The position numbers were made by a program, and so were the translations under genes. Positions 60,906 to 64,000 of a stretch of 64,000 nt of DNA are shown here, in pieces (the first letter of the stretch is position 1; each line of letters opens with the position of its first letter). Under the pieces are notes generated by a model. It saw only the letters and a program-made list of their open reading frames with translations. It was not told the origin of the DNA and searched no databases. Source of the stretch: Torpedo marmorata (Eukaryota); the NCBI GenBank assembly GCA_977017645.1, contig OZ360247.1, forward strand, positions 11,036,001 to 11,100,000, in the 5' to 3' direction.

Positions 60906-62619
60906 GAAGTTTCAGGAAGGTTCAACTTGTGCTTCCCCCAACCCGGGCGTGAAGTATTGATATTTCACGTTACAACTGCACAAACAATCTCACCCGCAAG
61001 TTAATGCAGACTTAATAGTTTATCCTTGTAAGATGAAAGCAACGCCCCACATATTTTGCTACACTAATATCATCCTCTCCCCATCCCTTCACTTGTTGTG
61101 ATAGACATCACTGGCAAAGAGTGATAATCAATCGTCAGAAGCTTCCATTTGTAAATAATTGGTTTGACAAAATTCTGCAGCGTTGCTTTTCTGAAAGTCA
61201 ACTCCTTTTCAACAGAATGCAGCTTCTGAGCAGGCTTGTCAACAGATGGAATGAGAAATACAATTCACAATCAAATCCAGTGTGATAAATGAGGCAAAAT
61301 ACAACCAGAACTGAACAAACATTTTATTGATCAATTTTGCTCCTTTACATTTAATAATAAATACAAGTATAGACTCACAAATTGGCACATTGCTCATCTC
61401 ATGTTCTCCCCAGTTAAGCACAGCGTAGGTTCAATTCTTGCCATTTGTTGAGCTCTGCACTCTGGCCAGAATTGGCAGGATAGAGGAGGGGGTGGATGTT
61501 GTGGAAGTGACATTGCTACATCCATGGTCTGGGATGTGTGTGTACTGTTTGTCAGGGTTCCTTCTCCCCTTCACCATCTTGTGACACACCCCCCCCCCCC
61601 CCCCTCCCACGTCCTTCTCTGCAGCAATGAGGAACAGACCAGGGCTGAACTCGGTGACATCCCAGTAAGGGAGGGGACAGCCTCTAACATTCACTTAGTA
61701 CTGAGAAAACAGACAAACATCTCCCCAGTGATGGGCAGGAGCACACTTGGAAATAAAAAGGCAAATCCCACTTCTAAACTGACACCAACGGCCATGCTCG
61801 GAGCAAAGCAATGTAAATTAACTGATAATGCAAACTGGAAGTTATTTCTAAATGAAGTAATTCCACCACTCTAAATCTTCCTACTCAGAATGGACAGACC
61901 ATGTGGAGGTACTGAATCCTGGGGAGCTCTTCTGATAACACAACAGGGATCGCTGTCTGTAAACAAGGGATTGAGTGTGAACAGTGGGCATAAACTGGCA
62001 ATGGCAAAATCAATGATTGTTGGTATGCCACTGGATCGATTTTATTTAAACTCGGCTACGTTCAGGATCATTACATCAAACTCCACACCCACCCATCCAA
62101 TATGCAAGGGGCATTAGGACCACAACGGTTCTTCTCCCCTGCTCCCAGTATTTTTTGGTAAAACAGCAAAGAGATAAAGGTGCCTCCGCTCCACAACCGC
62201 ATCCCACGGAGCTCTGTCTTGATACAGTCTAGTCGTCCAATTCCAGTCTGAACTCATTGTACAGATCCTTGATGGTGACCCCTCTGACCACTGCTACACA
62301 AGGACAGAGGGAAATCATTACAGTGAGCTGGCTTGGTAAAGCAGGGATGTCAGCAGCATTGACAACACCATCAATTGCAATTTAAGCAAAGCTTCACTGT
62401 GGAAACAATTAAGGGAACAAAGCCTTCACAATGCAGGTGTCACAACTCCAGCTCAAATAGAGACCAAAAACTATGCCTGTAACTTAGATGAATATCTTGA
62501 GCCATTTTGCAGAAGGGTTACCTGTGGTATCATCTCTTTTCCCATTTAATCTCTCATGGTTTATGCTCTATCAGAGGTCTCCTTTCTGGAATGGACTTTG
62601 GAAAGTAGAGAAGAAAGAC

Positions 62620-64000
62620 ACTTACTGGTGTTCTGAAGAACCAGAGGGGATCTTACTGAAACAGGAAAGTTTCAGAAGGGGCTTTGAAGGGAAAATGGTG
62701 AGATGCTCTTTCTTCCTATGGGGGAATCTATGACCCGAGGTATAGCTCTGGGCCGCGTGTGTAAGACGGACGTAAAGAGAGAACCTTTACAATTCTCTAC
62801 CCCAGAGAGCTGCAGACGCCACAGTGAGTATATTGAATGTATGGACAGGTAGGGTGTCAGACATTGTGGAGGTATACAAGGATCTGAGGCAGGTTTGCAA
62901 GTTGACTTAGCAGATTGGGAGGTTGAGAACAGGGTAGATAGGCGTTCTTCTGTCTGAAAGTCTGGAACAAGTGCTGTACCGCAGAGATGAGTGTAGGGGC
63001 TGGCAGGTCTGATTAGTACATGTGCAGATGACACGAAAATTGGAGTCATAGAAAGTGAAGAATGTTGTCGAAGGATTCAATGTGACATCGATCAGGAGAA
63101 CAGTTGGGCGGAGCAGAGGCAGATGGTGTTTAAACCAGACAAGTGTGAGGTAATGGATTTTGGGAAGTCAAATTCTGGTAAGACACAAGTGCCAGGAACC
63201 TTAGGAGTGTTGATGTCCAGAAGGAAGGACCTAGGGATGTAAATCCATAGCTCCCTGAAATTGGAACAGAAATGGATTGGGTAGTGAAAAAGATATTTGG
63301 CATGCTTACCGGGTATGAGAGTTGGGATATCATGTTGTAGTTATGCAAAACATTGGTCAGATCGGACTTGGAGATTTGGTCATCGCACTGCAGGATGGAT
63401 GCAGTAACAATAGAGAGAGTGCAGAAGAGACTCACCAGGATGTTGCCTGCAATGAACAGCTATACAGTAGTTATAAGGAGAGATTGGATAGGCTGGATTT
63501 ATTCTCTCTGTAACGTAGGAGGCAGAGTGGTAACCTTACAGAGGTTCGTAAAATTATGAAGGGCAAAGGGTGGCATAGTTAGCGTAGCGGTTAGTGCAAC
63601 GCTGTTACAGCGTCAGCGACTAGGGTTGGAATCCGGCACTGTCTGTAAGGAGTTTGTCCGTTCTCTCCGTGTCTGCCTGGGTTTCCTCTGGTGCTCTGGT
63701 TTCCTCCCACCGTTCAAAAAACGTACAGGGATTGTAGGTCAATTGGATGTAATTGAGCGGTACGGGCTCGTGGGCCGTAAGGGCCTGTTACCGTGTTGTG
63801 TGTCTATATTTAAATTTAAAGACAGGATAGACAGTCAAAATATTTTTCCCTGGACAAGGCAATCTACAACTGGAGGGCAGAGGTTTAAGGTTCAAGGGGA
63901 GAAATTTAACTGAGATTGGAGGAGTAAGATTTTCCAGACAGAGAGGTGAATATTTGGAACAAGCAGCCAGCTGATGGTAGATACAGATATATTTATAATG
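62620..64000 (+). mobile_element. Old CR1 LINE fragments
   Basis: Degenerate ADDTKIG (gcagatgacacgaaaattgga), IERVQKRLTRMLP and YKERLDRLDLFSL. Confidence 0.8.
63568..63819 (+). mobile_element. tRNA-derived V-SINE nested in CR1
   Basis: Homologous to 8696-8968; CR1 sequence resumes after TTTAAA. Confidence 0.87.

Overview
Repeat-rich vertebrate genomic DNA. The repeat content (V-SINEs, CR1 and Rex1/Babar LINEs, Penelope-like elements, pogo/Tigger DNA transposons) points to a cartilaginous fish; this is an inference. Positions 1-35.9 kb hold a spliced LRRC37-like gene on the minus strand that the ORF track misses. I could read at least 7 exons plus a degenerate N-terminal one between 1,608 and ~27,500. 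Its GT-AG sites are intact, but it carries several frameshifts and stops, so it reads as an unprocessed pseudogene whose introns are packed with transposon copies. Positions 35.9-60.1 kb are a CpG-rich macrosatellite: 11 full copies and 1 partial copy of a ~2.07-kb unit. Each unit has a degenerate tRNA-Cys(GCA), a Penelope-repeat remnant, a GC-rich block, a variable A-rich spacer and a nearly invariant, hairpin-dense 616-bp block bounded by canonical splice signals. The ends of the array fall almost exactly at those splice signals. After the array come an inverted, diverged copy of the GC block, a decayed F-box-like reading frame and CR1 remnants. I found no intact protein-coding gene. All homology calls come from recalled family motifs, not database searches.
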